IMG/VR virus record: IMGVR_UViG_3300034980_000491
Location: 1-38,839 of that record
Length of the DNA: 38,839 nucleotides
Reading direction: 5' to 3' (one strand)
DNA from: a virus
Taxonomy: Duplodnaviria > Caudoviricetes
A program made the position numbers and the translations under genes. The notes under the pieces were generated by a model that had not been told where the DNA came from, searched no databases, and saw only the letters and a list, made by a program, of their open reading frames with translations. Shown piece after piece: positions 17,401 through 25,675 of this stretch (position 1 is the first letter of the stretch; every line of letters starts with the position of its first letter).

Positions 17401-18192
17401 AAACCGGAATTTCGGATACGGGTCTCGGGCCGGTTAAGCGTGGAAGGGGAAAGGTATGGCGGTAAAAGCGTCGGGCAGTGGCAGCGCACTATAACGAAAG
17501 ATAAAATTGAAAACGATTTGATGACTGTGGAAAAGGCGTTCCAAAAACGCGGAATCGGGGCGCAGAGCTTGTACGATGAGGCTTCGGCGGCTAACGCGCT
17601 GGGGATACCTAAGATCGAATGCTATGCCGCTGGACCAAGCCGTGAGTATCAAGGTTATTATGTCTGGCCCCTTTTGGGCTACTCAAGCGGCGAAATATCA
17701 TCAGAGGTAGCCAGTAGTTATGTGCGAAACAAACCTAGCGCCGACCGCAGCGACAGCAAATCCTATTTACAGGAAATGCAAGATGACCTTCAGGCACTGA
17801 TGTCTGAACATGGCGCGACCGCGACACCGCCGTACAAGGTATCGGACTTGATGACTTTTAAGGCGGGCCGCAAGTGGTGGAAAGAAAATGGAATAGGGGG
17901 CACCATGACCTTCGACACAACGACCGATTCCCCTTCCATGCAAGTAATCGAGGGCTTTGTCAGCAAAAGGAAACACAAAAATCGAATTAAGAAGTTCCAA
18001 TTAAGCAAGGCTCATAATCAAAGCAACGCGCCAGTCGGCGTTGAGCAGGCCCCAATGTTGGACGCCGAAGACATGGCAGTCCTTGAGGCATTGTGGGATA
18101 AGCAAGGCGCGACGATGAGCAAAGCCCGCTCCTTTTCCAATATCATTTCCTTGCTCAAATCAAATATTGACACCGGTTCAAATAGATCGTAA
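14464..18192 (+). CDS. Polyvalent probable internal virion protein: ChaB-like N-terminus, ADP-ribosyltransferase-like and GNAT-like domains
   Basis: ART-PolyVal-like motifs FLSWFGDW..SKVVNEAGEP..MFHGT..FGKGFYFT..VYLSVKNP..GHDGI..AFESEQIKS. GNAT motif A FQKRGIGA followed by GYYVWPLLGY. Two GPYIGPRGGKWAD tags. Confidence 0.8.
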   Translation: MPQGVDEKVWNKAKSLVEQQYGSAKDKYALVMHLYQKMMGAKKAHSFSDIISLVKGGGPYIGPRGGKWADAKHTIPWKAGGAKKSIFSRLMDAIKKKKRFFSETALSAVNKMVDLDKLKELRDALKSSMKEEPKAKKEPEEKKEKKEAKKKKPAAPKKKGGVSAKQLLAAIEKRIAKLEGKKPEKKKRPSFEQQVKQISSYAEFKSLYQKTLLTMFSYTPGEAGSAVFAEKMGHLEDAFPDFAKKYDEEQEKKGALKPDVSDAGGKQETIRRPEFLSWFGDWTKGKGSKVVNEAGEPEEQFGHKPVKMFHGTAVGGFTSFDPDKDKGGNIFGKGFYFTADREIAESYTKKDEESAASLATHLEDARGKKVESLSAEQVQKVFDANFRQMKVRGKNGYELISPTNLSVDLNAYGTPGYSGGAPRLMSHEAIKGQILVAMADSVDASGTVKMDRFFEALETQPHLPPKGERTGIEDTAGESTPDVNRARALRTFGEPLSLGYGGGPPAEVFEVYLSVKNPIDMDKEASREAFSSLARFELDKLLARSKSRFSKLEADIKTQKKDLEEIKNAPIKDQTSQYRSYPHPATQEIIREEAKPGHRWGSQGGGRLEQIPQSEVAAFNEKKHLRSVEYHAERVEQSIEYLGYEKARLEKYKKELASDNPTYEAYFKTFVVGYDEDVTAIGGVKGEGSYGTSYDDLLALKKHFRKSKYDEDLTHWNGQEVKAGDPVHEMFHLSDADTLTWGDIHYLITDRHQSSSTQSSFTEWAKREGHDGIHHTGGWNIGSKEHSVWIAFESEQIKSVDSENFDPKSVDIYKSRNPKMASTFSNILSLVKGGGPYIGPRGGKWADAKHTIPWKPEKKKRKKRSKFPFRDAQTSLFPPSLAEGKVYENIDLTVRRTEVWKDPHRPRDPNIADQKAIARRDYNPLHPSSGDDTALEDVQDITKRVFGRALTVQEVCALAGLPSNATAKVRVDYIEREGSKPEFRIRVSGRLSVEGERYGGKSVGQWQRTITKDKIENDLMTVEKAFQKRGIGAQSLYDEASAANALGIPKIECYAAGPSREYQGYYVWPLLGYSSGEISSEVASSYVRNKPSADRSDSKSYLQEMQDDLQALMSEHGATATPPYKVSDLMTFKAGRKWWKENGIGGTMTFDTTTDSPSMQVIEGFVSKRKHKNRIKKFQLSKAHNQSNAPVGVEQAPMLDAEDMAVLEALWDKQGATMSKARSFSNIISLLKSNIDTGSNRS
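14600..15011 (+). repeat. Tag plus K/E-rich module duplicated at about 18980-19382; tag part also at 16931-17028 and partly at 18121-18159
   Basis: 66 nt identical (14946-15011 = 19317-19382); similarity is lower over the rest. Confidence 0.9.
18043..18105 (+). repeat. 63-bp dispersed inverted repeat, copy 2 (partner 4813-4875)
   Basis: Encodes EQAPMLDAEDMAVLEALWDKQ. Confidence 0.9.
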
Positions 18193-18228
18193 CGTCCGAA
18201 ATGGTGACGAAAAACAGGAGCGTGTGAG

Positions 18229-21200
18229 ATGCCACAAGTTGGAGACCGTAAATTCCCGTACACAAAGGCCGGTATCAAGGCAGCGCAAGCGTATGCCAAG
18301 GTATCCGGGTTGGAAGTGAAATACAGCGAGAAGGACAAATCCCTTCTTATGAAGATGGGCATGGGAAAAGAGTACGGCTACAAGGGTGGCATCTTCACCG
18401 ACATCTTGAAGGGTAGTGGGAAGGGCGGACACAAGTACCTTTCCAAAAAGCCGGATGGAAAAGGCGGCTGGAACTATTCGTATAATGATCCAAAGAGTGG
18501 CACCGGGAAGGCCACTCCTGCTCTTGCTTTTGGCCATGAAGAAAAGCCCATGCGCCGTGGGGGGTTCAAGGTTTCTTCGAAAGTTCTTCGTATGTGGAAA
18601 GATCACGAAGAGTTGGGAAACAATCCCGCTGCTCATGTTTTCAAAGAGGAAAGAGCGCGTTTTGAAGCGACCCCCCGCGAGGACTTGCCCAAGTTGTTTG
18701 GTATCATTTCTGGGGGCGCGTCTGCCATTCCAGATGCACAAGATGTTCTGGCCAGAAATCCAAAGGCCGCATTTCAGGGATGGCTTCAAAATTTGGCAAA
18801 GGTGGACCCTCGCGCAGCGAACGTGGTTCGAGCGAAGCCTCAATATGCTGCCATGTACTTCCATGTTCACATGGAAAGGTTGAGTGGAAAGGATATGGCA
18901 GACGGCGTGTTTCAGCGTCTCTTTGAAACAGAAAGCGGCCACCCTGCTCAAATGAAAACAAAAAAGGCCATGTCTCCTTTCACCAACCTCATCAAGGGTG
19001 GCGGTCCATACATTGGCCCACGCGGAGGCCGGTGGGCTGACGCAAAGCACACCATTCCTTGGAAAGAGGAAGGGCCAAAGAAGAGCATTTTCGGAAGGCT
19101 GATGGCTGCGATCAAGAAGAAGAAGAAGTTCTTTTCGAAGTCTGCCCTGACCGCCGTCAACAAGATGGTGGACTTGGACAAACTCAAAGAGCTTCGAGAT
19201 TCCCTGAAAGCCTCCATGAAGTCGGCGGGGCCGAAAGAGCCGAAAGAGAAGAAAGAGCCGGAAGAGAAGAAAGAGGCGAAGAAAAGGAAACCCTCTGCCC
19301 CCAAGAAGAAGGGCGAGGTCTCTGCGAAGCAATTGCTTGCAGCCATCGAGAAGCGCATTGCCAAGCTGGAAGGGAAGAAGCCGATAGGCGTTCCCAAGGC
19401 TGCGAAGAGCGAGGCGACAAAGAGGCGAGAAAAACACCATAAGGCGGAGATCAGCAAGTTGCGGGCGAAGAAGGGTGATGCCGCCTTGATTGCCGGTCAT
19501 CATGCTGGGGATGGAGACGCGACCAAGAAACTACAAGCCAGAGCACAGGAATTGTTGCCCGGAGTACGCATTCAAGAGTCTCTTGACGTTGTTGCTACGG
19601 CTGCGGAGCATGGCGGAAAACTTCCAAAGGAATACGTTGAGCAAATGATTCGGGAAAACCGGGTCGCAGGGAAGAAGCCAACGTCGAAAGACGCCCGTGA
19701 GAAGCTGAAGGACATGGGGAAGAAGCGCCCCGGCCAGCCCGACATTGTAGCAGCGAAGAAGGTGGACAAGCCGAAGGGATTTCTTACCGGCCAATCGTGG
19801 TTAAGTGTCATGGAGACCTACGACAAGAACGAGGACAAGAACTACCACAGCGAGAACGCCGCTATGTTGGCCGAGGCTTTCGGCTTGCCGAAGGCATCTA
19901 TTGACGAGCTAAAGGCCCTGTCCGCTAAACGCGACAAGACAATGGACGATATGCAACGTCAAGGGGAGCTTGTACAAGGGCTATGGGGCATTGCCCAAGA
20001 GAAGGCCGATAAGGAACAGAGGTCGTGGGACGCCATTGCCGATGCGTTTCCGTCAGGTGAGAAAGACGCGCCGAAGGCGGAGAAACTTACGTTCAAAATT
20101 ACTGACCGTTTCAACACCGCAGGCGTAGACCAACATCAAGAGTCAGCCCGCATTGAACTTGAACGTCAAGGCTTTAAGGTTCGTCCTTACGTAGAGCGAG
20201 ATGCTTCCGGTATTCAGCGAAGGTATCTTGAGGTGGAAGGCGATCCAGAAAAGATTAGGAGCGCATCCAAAAAAATCATTGGCGGTGAGCGCGAAGAAGT
20301 GAAACCGGAAAAGAAGGCCGATAAGGAACAGAAGCCAACGTCGGAAGCGGGGGGGTCTGGTGCTGTAAACGCAAAGTATTTGGACAGCCTGCCTGCTGAG
20401 AAGAAGAGCAGGATCTTGACGCATATCGCGGATCACTATGGCGTTTCCGTTTCTGAGATCGAAAGTGAGCTTACACACGCGGAGGCAGAAGACCTGTTTG
20501 AGTACGCCGCAACTGACCGCGCTATGGCGATGGAGATTTACAACGACTTCAAGCGCAGGGGTCTTTTAGAAGAAGATAGGAGCGTTCACGTTTCTAAGCC
20601 GAAGGAAGACGCTCCCAAGGCAGAGCTTGCGACGGGAGAAGCAAACTTTTTGCTCAGTAGGATAGCGGGACAGGGCGGATTTTCTGTAAAGGCCAATCCT
20701 GCGAAGCCCGGTAATAATATCCAGAAACTTTTGGACGCTGGTTTAATTCACGAGGTTGGCGGAAAATGGCAACCCAAGGACCAAGCAAAGTCCCACAAGG
20801 AACGTCTCGCGGATATCCACAACGAAGGCTATCTCGCCTCCCCCAAACTAGGAACGGGCAACGCAGAGGGCCACGCAGAGCGTCATGCAGCCCACGAGAA
20901 GCAGCACAAGGAGATGGTGGAAGCTGGACACCTTGAGCATCTTGGCCACGGGGTTTATGCGGACAAGGCTCCGCCCAAAGCGACGGGTGGAAAGAAAGGC
21001 AAAGTCACTATCAAGCGAGGCGGCAGTGAAGCCGTAGAGGTTCCCGCTACCATCTACGGGAAAGGCAATTGGGCCATCACGAAAGATCCAAAGGAAGGCA
21101 AGTCCCGCGTGACAAACGTACAAGCTGGATTGGGATTCGGTGGCGAGATGTCAGGACCGCAAGCATCCTATGTCATGGCCCATCTCATGGAGATGGAAGG

Positions 21201-22269
21201 CAAGGGAGAGTTGGACGGTTTCGATCCGAACGATATGCACGGTGCTTCATCCAAGAATGCAATGGCCGCCATCAAGAAGGTGAGCGACCACTCCCGCGAA
21301 GAAGAAACCCGCAATATGCCAATCTGGACTCGTAGGGGCAAGGCGAAGACAGAGGCACGTCGCCGGGGCAAGGTTGCCGATGCAGAGAAGGCAGTTGCCG
21401 ATACCGCAGGGCGGAAAGCAAGCACCTTCAACAAGAAGGCCACTAAAGCAGATCACGATTCGGTGGAGAGCGCACACAATCGTGCGAGCAATTTTGAAGA
21501 TAGTGGAGCAGGTAGGGACAACCTTGAACAATCTCTTGTTGCCGACCATGATGGCAAGCGGTACATGGTCTCCACAGACGGCCACCGAATGTCCATGATC
21601 CCGGTGTCCAAGAAGGTCAAAGCGGATCAGAAGGTGTATCACGAAGCTGTGAAAGGCAAGAAAACCGGAAAGGTCGAAACCGCAAGTGCCGGTGAAGAGG
21701 GCAAAGGGGTTTTCCCTGCCTTCGAGCGTGTGATTCCAAATTTGACGAAAGAGAACACCCACACGTTCGATGCGGAGTCGCTTCACGCCCAAGCGCATTT
21801 GGCGACAACGACCGCTGGCAAAGACAACGGAAGCGTGTTTCTGTTCACCGACGAGGGGGGGGTCCACGCGCAAGGGAGCCATTCAGCGGCGCACAGCCCC
21901 CACAAAGATGACGTTGCCCGGGATATGCACGGACAGCGACACTCGGCAAAAGAGGAATACACCGGGGAAGAGAAAGGCATTCACATGAATCCCCGCTATC
22001 TCAAAGAGGCTCTTGCGGGAGCGAAAGGTGCCGTTGAGGTTCATTACGAAGGGCCGAACCATCCGATTCATATCCAGCGCGAAGACGGAGAAAGGCACGT
22101 CATTATGCCTGTTCACCACGAGATTCCTCCGAGCCATCCACACAAAAAGAGAACGAAGAAATCGTTGCTCCTTTCTGAGATGCTGTACGGGGTGAAAAAG
22201 CACAAGTTGAACGAGAAGAGACGTGCTCATTTTTCGGGAATTGTAAGCAAAAGAAGATCAACTTTTTGA
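18229..22269 (+). CDS. Polyvalent probable internal virion protein with C-terminal beta-clamp-like domain
   Basis: AGGAG RBS; MPQVGDRKFPYTKAG start, HKYLSKKPDGKGGWNYSY and a GPYIGPRGG tag. DnaN-like motifs MVSTDGHRM, FPAFERVIP, MNPRYLKEAL and HVIMPV. Confidence 0.8.
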   Translation: MPQVGDRKFPYTKAGIKAAQAYAKVSGLEVKYSEKDKSLLMKMGMGKEYGYKGGIFTDILKGSGKGGHKYLSKKPDGKGGWNYSYNDPKSGTGKATPALAFGHEEKPMRRGGFKVSSKVLRMWKDHEELGNNPAAHVFKEERARFEATPREDLPKLFGIISGGASAIPDAQDVLARNPKAAFQGWLQNLAKVDPRAANVVRAKPQYAAMYFHVHMERLSGKDMADGVFQRLFETESGHPAQMKTKKAMSPFTNLIKGGGPYIGPRGGRWADAKHTIPWKEEGPKKSIFGRLMAAIKKKKKFFSKSALTAVNKMVDLDKLKELRDSLKASMKSAGPKEPKEKKEPEEKKEAKKRKPSAPKKKGEVSAKQLLAAIEKRIAKLEGKKPIGVPKAAKSEATKRREKHHKAEISKLRAKKGDAALIAGHHAGDGDATKKLQARAQELLPGVRIQESLDVVATAAEHGGKLPKEYVEQMIRENRVAGKKPTSKDAREKLKDMGKKRPGQPDIVAAKKVDKPKGFLTGQSWLSVMETYDKNEDKNYHSENAAMLAEAFGLPKASIDELKALSAKRDKTMDDMQRQGELVQGLWGIAQEKADKEQRSWDAIADAFPSGEKDAPKAEKLTFKITDRFNTAGVDQHQESARIELERQGFKVRPYVERDASGIQRRYLEVEGDPEKIRSASKKIIGGEREEVKPEKKADKEQKPTSEAGGSGAVNAKYLDSLPAEKKSRILTHIADHYGVSVSEIESELTHAEAEDLFEYAATDRAMAMEIYNDFKRRGLLEEDRSVHVSKPKEDAPKAELATGEANFLLSRIAGQGGFSVKANPAKPGNNIQKLLDAGLIHEVGGKWQPKDQAKSHKERLADIHNEGYLASPKLGTGNAEGHAERHAAHEKQHKEMVEAGHLEHLGHGVYADKAPPKATGGKKGKVTIKRGGSEAVEVPATIYGKGNWAITKDPKEGKSRVTNVQAGLGFGGEMSGPQASYVMAHLMEMEGKGELDGFDPNDMHGASSKNAMAAIKKVSDHSREEETRNMPIWTRRGKAKTEARRRGKVADAEKAVADTAGRKASTFNKKATKADHDSVESAHNRASNFEDSGAGRDNLEQSLVADHDGKRYMVSTDGHRMSMIPVSKKVKADQKVYHEAVKGKKTGKVETASAGEEGKGVFPAFERVIPNLTKENTHTFDAESLHAQAHLATTTAGKDNGSVFLFTDEGGVHAQGSHSAAHSPHKDDVARDMHGQRHSAKEEYTGEEKGIHMNPRYLKEALAGAKGAVEVHYEGPNHPIHIQREDGERHVIMPVHHEIPPSHPHKKRTKKSLLLSEMLYGVKKHKLNEKRRAHFSGIVSKRRSTF

Positions 22270-22374
22270 AAATTGGTTTGAAATTGCTTCCTAGTAGAAG
22301 TGTGAGAGGGTAAAACCAAACTACAGATCAACAAGCACCCAGACAAAATCAGCGTGCTTTAGAGGAGAACGAAA

Positions 22375-23082
22375 ATGGCAGGACCGCAAGGCAAAGGCAG
22401 GAGTGGTGGTAAGTGGGTAGGTGGAGAGTCTAAAAAACCAAAGGCCGATTGGTCAAGCGGCTCCGGGTCAAGCGGCCCGTACATTGGCAAGCGTGGTGGA
22501 AAGTGGGCAGACCCCCAACACAAGATTCCGTGGAAGGAAAGCAAGCACGCGGGGAAAGCGGCTCCCAAGGAAAAGGAGCATGACTCGCATGGTGCAACGG
22601 AGTTGGAGTTGCATATCGACAACACCGAACATTTGGCCAATGAATCGGTTCGAGACCAGCATGGTGAACGCCAGACACAAAGAGGCGCGATTCACAGGAA
22701 CCTTGCTCGGAAAGTTGCAGCGGGCAATTATGACCACGCGCAGGCGGGCAAGTTGTTTCAGTACCATGTAGACGCGGCGGCAAAAGATTACCAAAAACAA
22801 CACGGTGGAAACTTTGACGCGGCCACGCGGCGACACGTTGCTAGAGGGATGGCTGACGAATTTCACCAAAATGTGAAAGACGGTTATCACGACCACCACG
22901 TTTCTTCTGGTGTTCATGCCAAGCGTGCGAAAGCGGGCGGCGGGCTGTCGAACATGGCCGAGCAGCATGGGAAGACCAAGAAAGGTCGTGAGGCCCTTTC
23001 CGACTTCTACAAGGGCCAAGAGCCAGAAGTCGATGATCGTTCTGAAAGGGAGAAGTTAGCTGATTTTGCCTTGGGTGCTTAA
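22375..23082 (+). CDS. Probable internal virion protein with GPYIGKRGGKWAD tag and a helical phage domain
   Basis: GAGGAG RBS; tag followed by ATELELHIDN...NLARKVAAGNYDHAQAGKLF...AAKDY. Confidence 0.75.
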   Translation: MAGPQGKGRSGGKWVGGESKKPKADWSSGSGSSGPYIGKRGGKWADPQHKIPWKESKHAGKAAPKEKEHDSHGATELELHIDNTEHLANESVRDQHGERQTQRGAIHRNLARKVAAGNYDHAQAGKLFQYHVDAAAKDYQKQHGGNFDAATRRHVARGMADEFHQNVKDGYHDHHVSSGVHAKRAKAGGGLSNMAEQHGKTKKGREALSDFYKGQEPEVDDRSEREKLADFALGA

Positions 23083-23097
23083 AGCACCGGAGGTAGC

Positions 23098-23247
23098 GTG
23101 AGCAGTTTTAATTTGATACTCAAGGACACACTTGTCCTTTTGATTGTGTGTCAGCTTGTTTTGTTTTTATTGGGATGGTCTTCTTTTGACGCTGAGAAAA
23201 AGAGAGACGCAGGCAGTGGCCAAACAAACATAACAGTTGTCAGGTAA
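23098..23247 (+). CDS. Small membrane protein (49 aa, not in the ORF track)
   Basis: GGAGGT RBS before GTG; hydrophobic TLVLLIVCQLVLFLLGW; fills the gap before the portal gene. Confidence 0.55.
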   Translation: MSSFNLILKDTLVLLIVCQLVLFLLGWSSFDAEKKRDAGSGQTNITVVR

Positions 23248-23257
23248 CGGAGATAGC

Positions 23258-24949
23258 ATGGGGTTGTTCGACTTTTTCAATAAGAAAGAAGAAGAGGTAG
23301 AAAAGTCGGACGCTTTGGAAAAGGCTCTTCCAAAAGGAATGGAGCCGCAGTCTTTCGATTTCAATCCCTATGATCACATGAACACGGGGTTCCTTTCTGA
23401 AGAGATTGGGAGCCTGTATCACCCCGGTGCGTCGGGCGGGTTGGAATACCAGACGCTTCGCAGGATGTCGCGTGTGCCATCTATCGCGGCCATTATGAAC
23501 ACCCGAGTCAATCAGGTGGCGGAGTTCTCTTCTCCGCAGGCGACCCCCTTTTCTTTGGGGTACACCATCCGTCTTCGAGACCGCCAGAAAGAGCCATCAG
23601 AAGCCCAACAAAAGAAAATTCAAGAGATGACCGATTGGCTCTCCACTTGCGGAGACCCCCGGCTGGGATTCACAAACACCTTCGAGGCTTTTCTTCGCAA
23701 GGTCGTGCGCGATTCCCTGACGTTGGATCAAGCGTGTTTTGAAGTGGTTCGAACGCGAGGCAACAAGATCGCAGGCTTTGTGCCTGTCGATGCCACCACG
23801 ATTCGACGTGCGCGACCGACGCAGAAAGAAAAGGACAAGGGCCGAAGAGACCCCGACAATACGGCTTTCGTGCAAATCGTAAAAGACCGCATTGTTGCAA
23901 AGTTTACTGAAAAGGAGCTTTGCTTTGGGATTCGACGCCCCCGGACGAACATCAACGCCAATGGCTACGGGTATCCCGAGCTTGAGGAGTTGATCAAAGT
24001 CGTCACCAACATCATCCACGCGGAAGTTTTCAATTCGAACAACTTCACAAACGGGATGCACGCTTCGGGAATCTTGGCAATCAAATCCAAGATGAACCCG
24101 CAGCTTTTCAGAGCTTTTCGACGAGAGTTCTATTCCATGTTGTCGAACGTCGGGAACGCACATCGGACTCCCATCGTTCAGCTTGACCCGGAAAACAAAG
24201 AAGACATTTCTTCCATCAACTTAACGAACACCAACCGCGAGATGCAGTTTGGGGACTGGATGTCCTACAACTTGCGTCTTGCCTGCGCCATCTTCTCGAT
24301 GGACCCCGCCGAACTCGGATACCAATACGGTAACGAGAATCAGTCTTCGTCTCTTGCATCGGAAGGTGTGGGCACAAAGATCACGGCTTCCCGCGAGCGC
24401 GGGCTTCGCCCCCTTCTTCGCGCTGTCGAATCTTGGATCAACCAATGGATTGTTTACGAAATGGAACCGTCCTTGGAGTTTGCTTTCCAAGGATTTGATC
24501 AAGTCAGCGAAGACGCGAAGCAGAAAGCGGACATCGAAAGCCTGAAGGCGTTTCGCACGATCAACGAAGTTCGAGCCATGTATGATCTCGAACCGATTGA
24601 CAACGAAGCAGCCGATATGGTTCTGGACCCTGCTTACATGAACATGGCTTTTCAAATTGATCAGCAAGGTGAAGAAGGGCAACCAGAGCAAGGCGACGAG
24701 TTTGGGGGAGTTGGTGAGGAGACAGAGGAGAGTGAAGAGTTTGGCGAAGAGGAAGCAGAGGCGGTAGAAAAGCCGGAAGAGGAATCCCCCGAATCCTCAC
24801 CCGAAGAGTTTTCCCGCAGCCTTTATGCCACACATTCTCCCGATTCCTGTAGCGTCTTAGGCTGCATCATTTGCGCCGAGGAGGATGCTCCCAACTTCCC
24901 CATCCTATCAACTCCGACAGTTAGGTCGGTTGTGGTGGAGGTGGAGTAG
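23258..24949 (+). CDS. Portal protein
   Basis: AIMNTRVNQV, FLRKVVRDSLTLDQACFE, VDATTIR, GYGYPELE, FTNG..GIL, DPAELG, GLRPLL and TINEVRA; acidic tail. Confidence 0.93.
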   Translation: MGLFDFFNKKEEEVEKSDALEKALPKGMEPQSFDFNPYDHMNTGFLSEEIGSLYHPGASGGLEYQTLRRMSRVPSIAAIMNTRVNQVAEFSSPQATPFSLGYTIRLRDRQKEPSEAQQKKIQEMTDWLSTCGDPRLGFTNTFEAFLRKVVRDSLTLDQACFEVVRTRGNKIAGFVPVDATTIRRARPTQKEKDKGRRDPDNTAFVQIVKDRIVAKFTEKELCFGIRRPRTNINANGYGYPELEELIKVVTNIIHAEVFNSNNFTNGMHASGILAIKSKMNPQLFRAFRREFYSMLSNVGNAHRTPIVQLDPENKEDISSINLTNTNREMQFGDWMSYNLRLACAIFSMDPAELGYQYGNENQSSSLASEGVGTKITASRERGLRPLLRAVESWINQWIVYEMEPSLEFAFQGFDQVSEDAKQKADIESLKAFRTINEVRAMYDLEPIDNEAADMVLDPAYMNMAFQIDQQGEEGQPEQGDEFGGVGEETEESEEFGEEEAEAVEKPEEESPESSPEEFSRSLYATHSPDSCSVLGCIICAEEDAPNFPILSTPTVRSVVVEVE

Positions 24950-25665
24950 TGAAGGCGGAAGATTACAACGCAGCGCAGATGGATGCTGGCCGGTTCACGC
25001 CATCCCACATCGTTCAGATGGTTCAGTTGTGGCAGGAGAAACACGGCCTTGACCCAGACGGGTATTGCGGCCCGAAGACTCAGGACACGTTTCCAACCGA
25101 GCTTCATGGCACAACTGAAGGCAGTTCGTTTCTTGGGAAGATGGCGCTTCAAGTGGCCACCGAAGAGATGGAAGCCGGTGCCCGAGAGATTGGTGGAAAC
25201 AATCAGGGGGAGTTTGTCGCCAAATACAAAAACCGCGACCCCTCAGATACGGACATGGGCGCTTGGTGCGCTGCCTTCTGCTCTTGGGTAATCGAAGAAG
25301 CGTGTAGACGAGTTAACATTCCGATGCCGTTTAAGCGATCTCAGGGCGCAAAGGTTCTCTGGAAAAACTGCGGCAATGCGGGAATGTTTGTTAACATCCC
25401 GGCCCCCGGGGATTTGGCGTGTTGGGATCGAGGAGACCTTCTTCCCAGCGGGAAGAAATCTTGGGCTGGACATATCGGATTCGTAGAGACGGTAAAGCTG
25501 GACTCAACTGGAAAACTGGTGGAGTTTACAACTATTGAGGGGAATGTCGGGGGGTACAAAAGAACAGGGGGCGCACCCGTGCGGAGATTCACGCACAGAA
25601 TGCACCTTGAAAAAAGGATGGAAGGATTCTCGCGTCTGCCAGATTCCGATATTCCTGTTGCGTAA
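24949..25665 (+). CDS. Peptidoglycan hydrolase: PG-binding domain plus CHAP domain
   Basis: WQEKHGLDPDGYCGPKT (PG_binding_1-like); catalytic AWCAAFCSW, GHIGFV and TIEGN. Confidence 0.88.
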   Translation: MKAEDYNAAQMDAGRFTPSHIVQMVQLWQEKHGLDPDGYCGPKTQDTFPTELHGTTEGSSFLGKMALQVATEEMEAGAREIGGNNQGEFVAKYKNRDPSDTDMGAWCAAFCSWVIEEACRRVNIPMPFKRSQGAKVLWKNCGNAGMFVNIPAPGDLACWDRGDLLPSGKKSWAGHIGFVETVKLDSTGKLVEFTTIEGNVGGYKRTGGAPVRRFTHRMHLEKRMEGFSRLPDSDIPVA

Positions 25666-25675
25666 GGAGGCTAAA

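Noticed and set aside
4813-18105. 63-bp repeat pair as a diversity-generating retroelement TR/VR
   Set aside because: The seven mismatches are not confined to adenines of one copy, the repeat is short, and no reverse transcriptase is visible in the window.
18178-19503. 441-aa minus-strand ORF and similar long antisense ORFs in the late region
   Set aside because: Shadow frames of Lys/Glu-rich plus-strand genes, with no RBS or recognisable motifs.
22273-22290. Sigma54-like promoter TTGGTTTGAAATTGCT
   Set aside because: The GG-to-GC spacing is 9 nt rather than the required 10.
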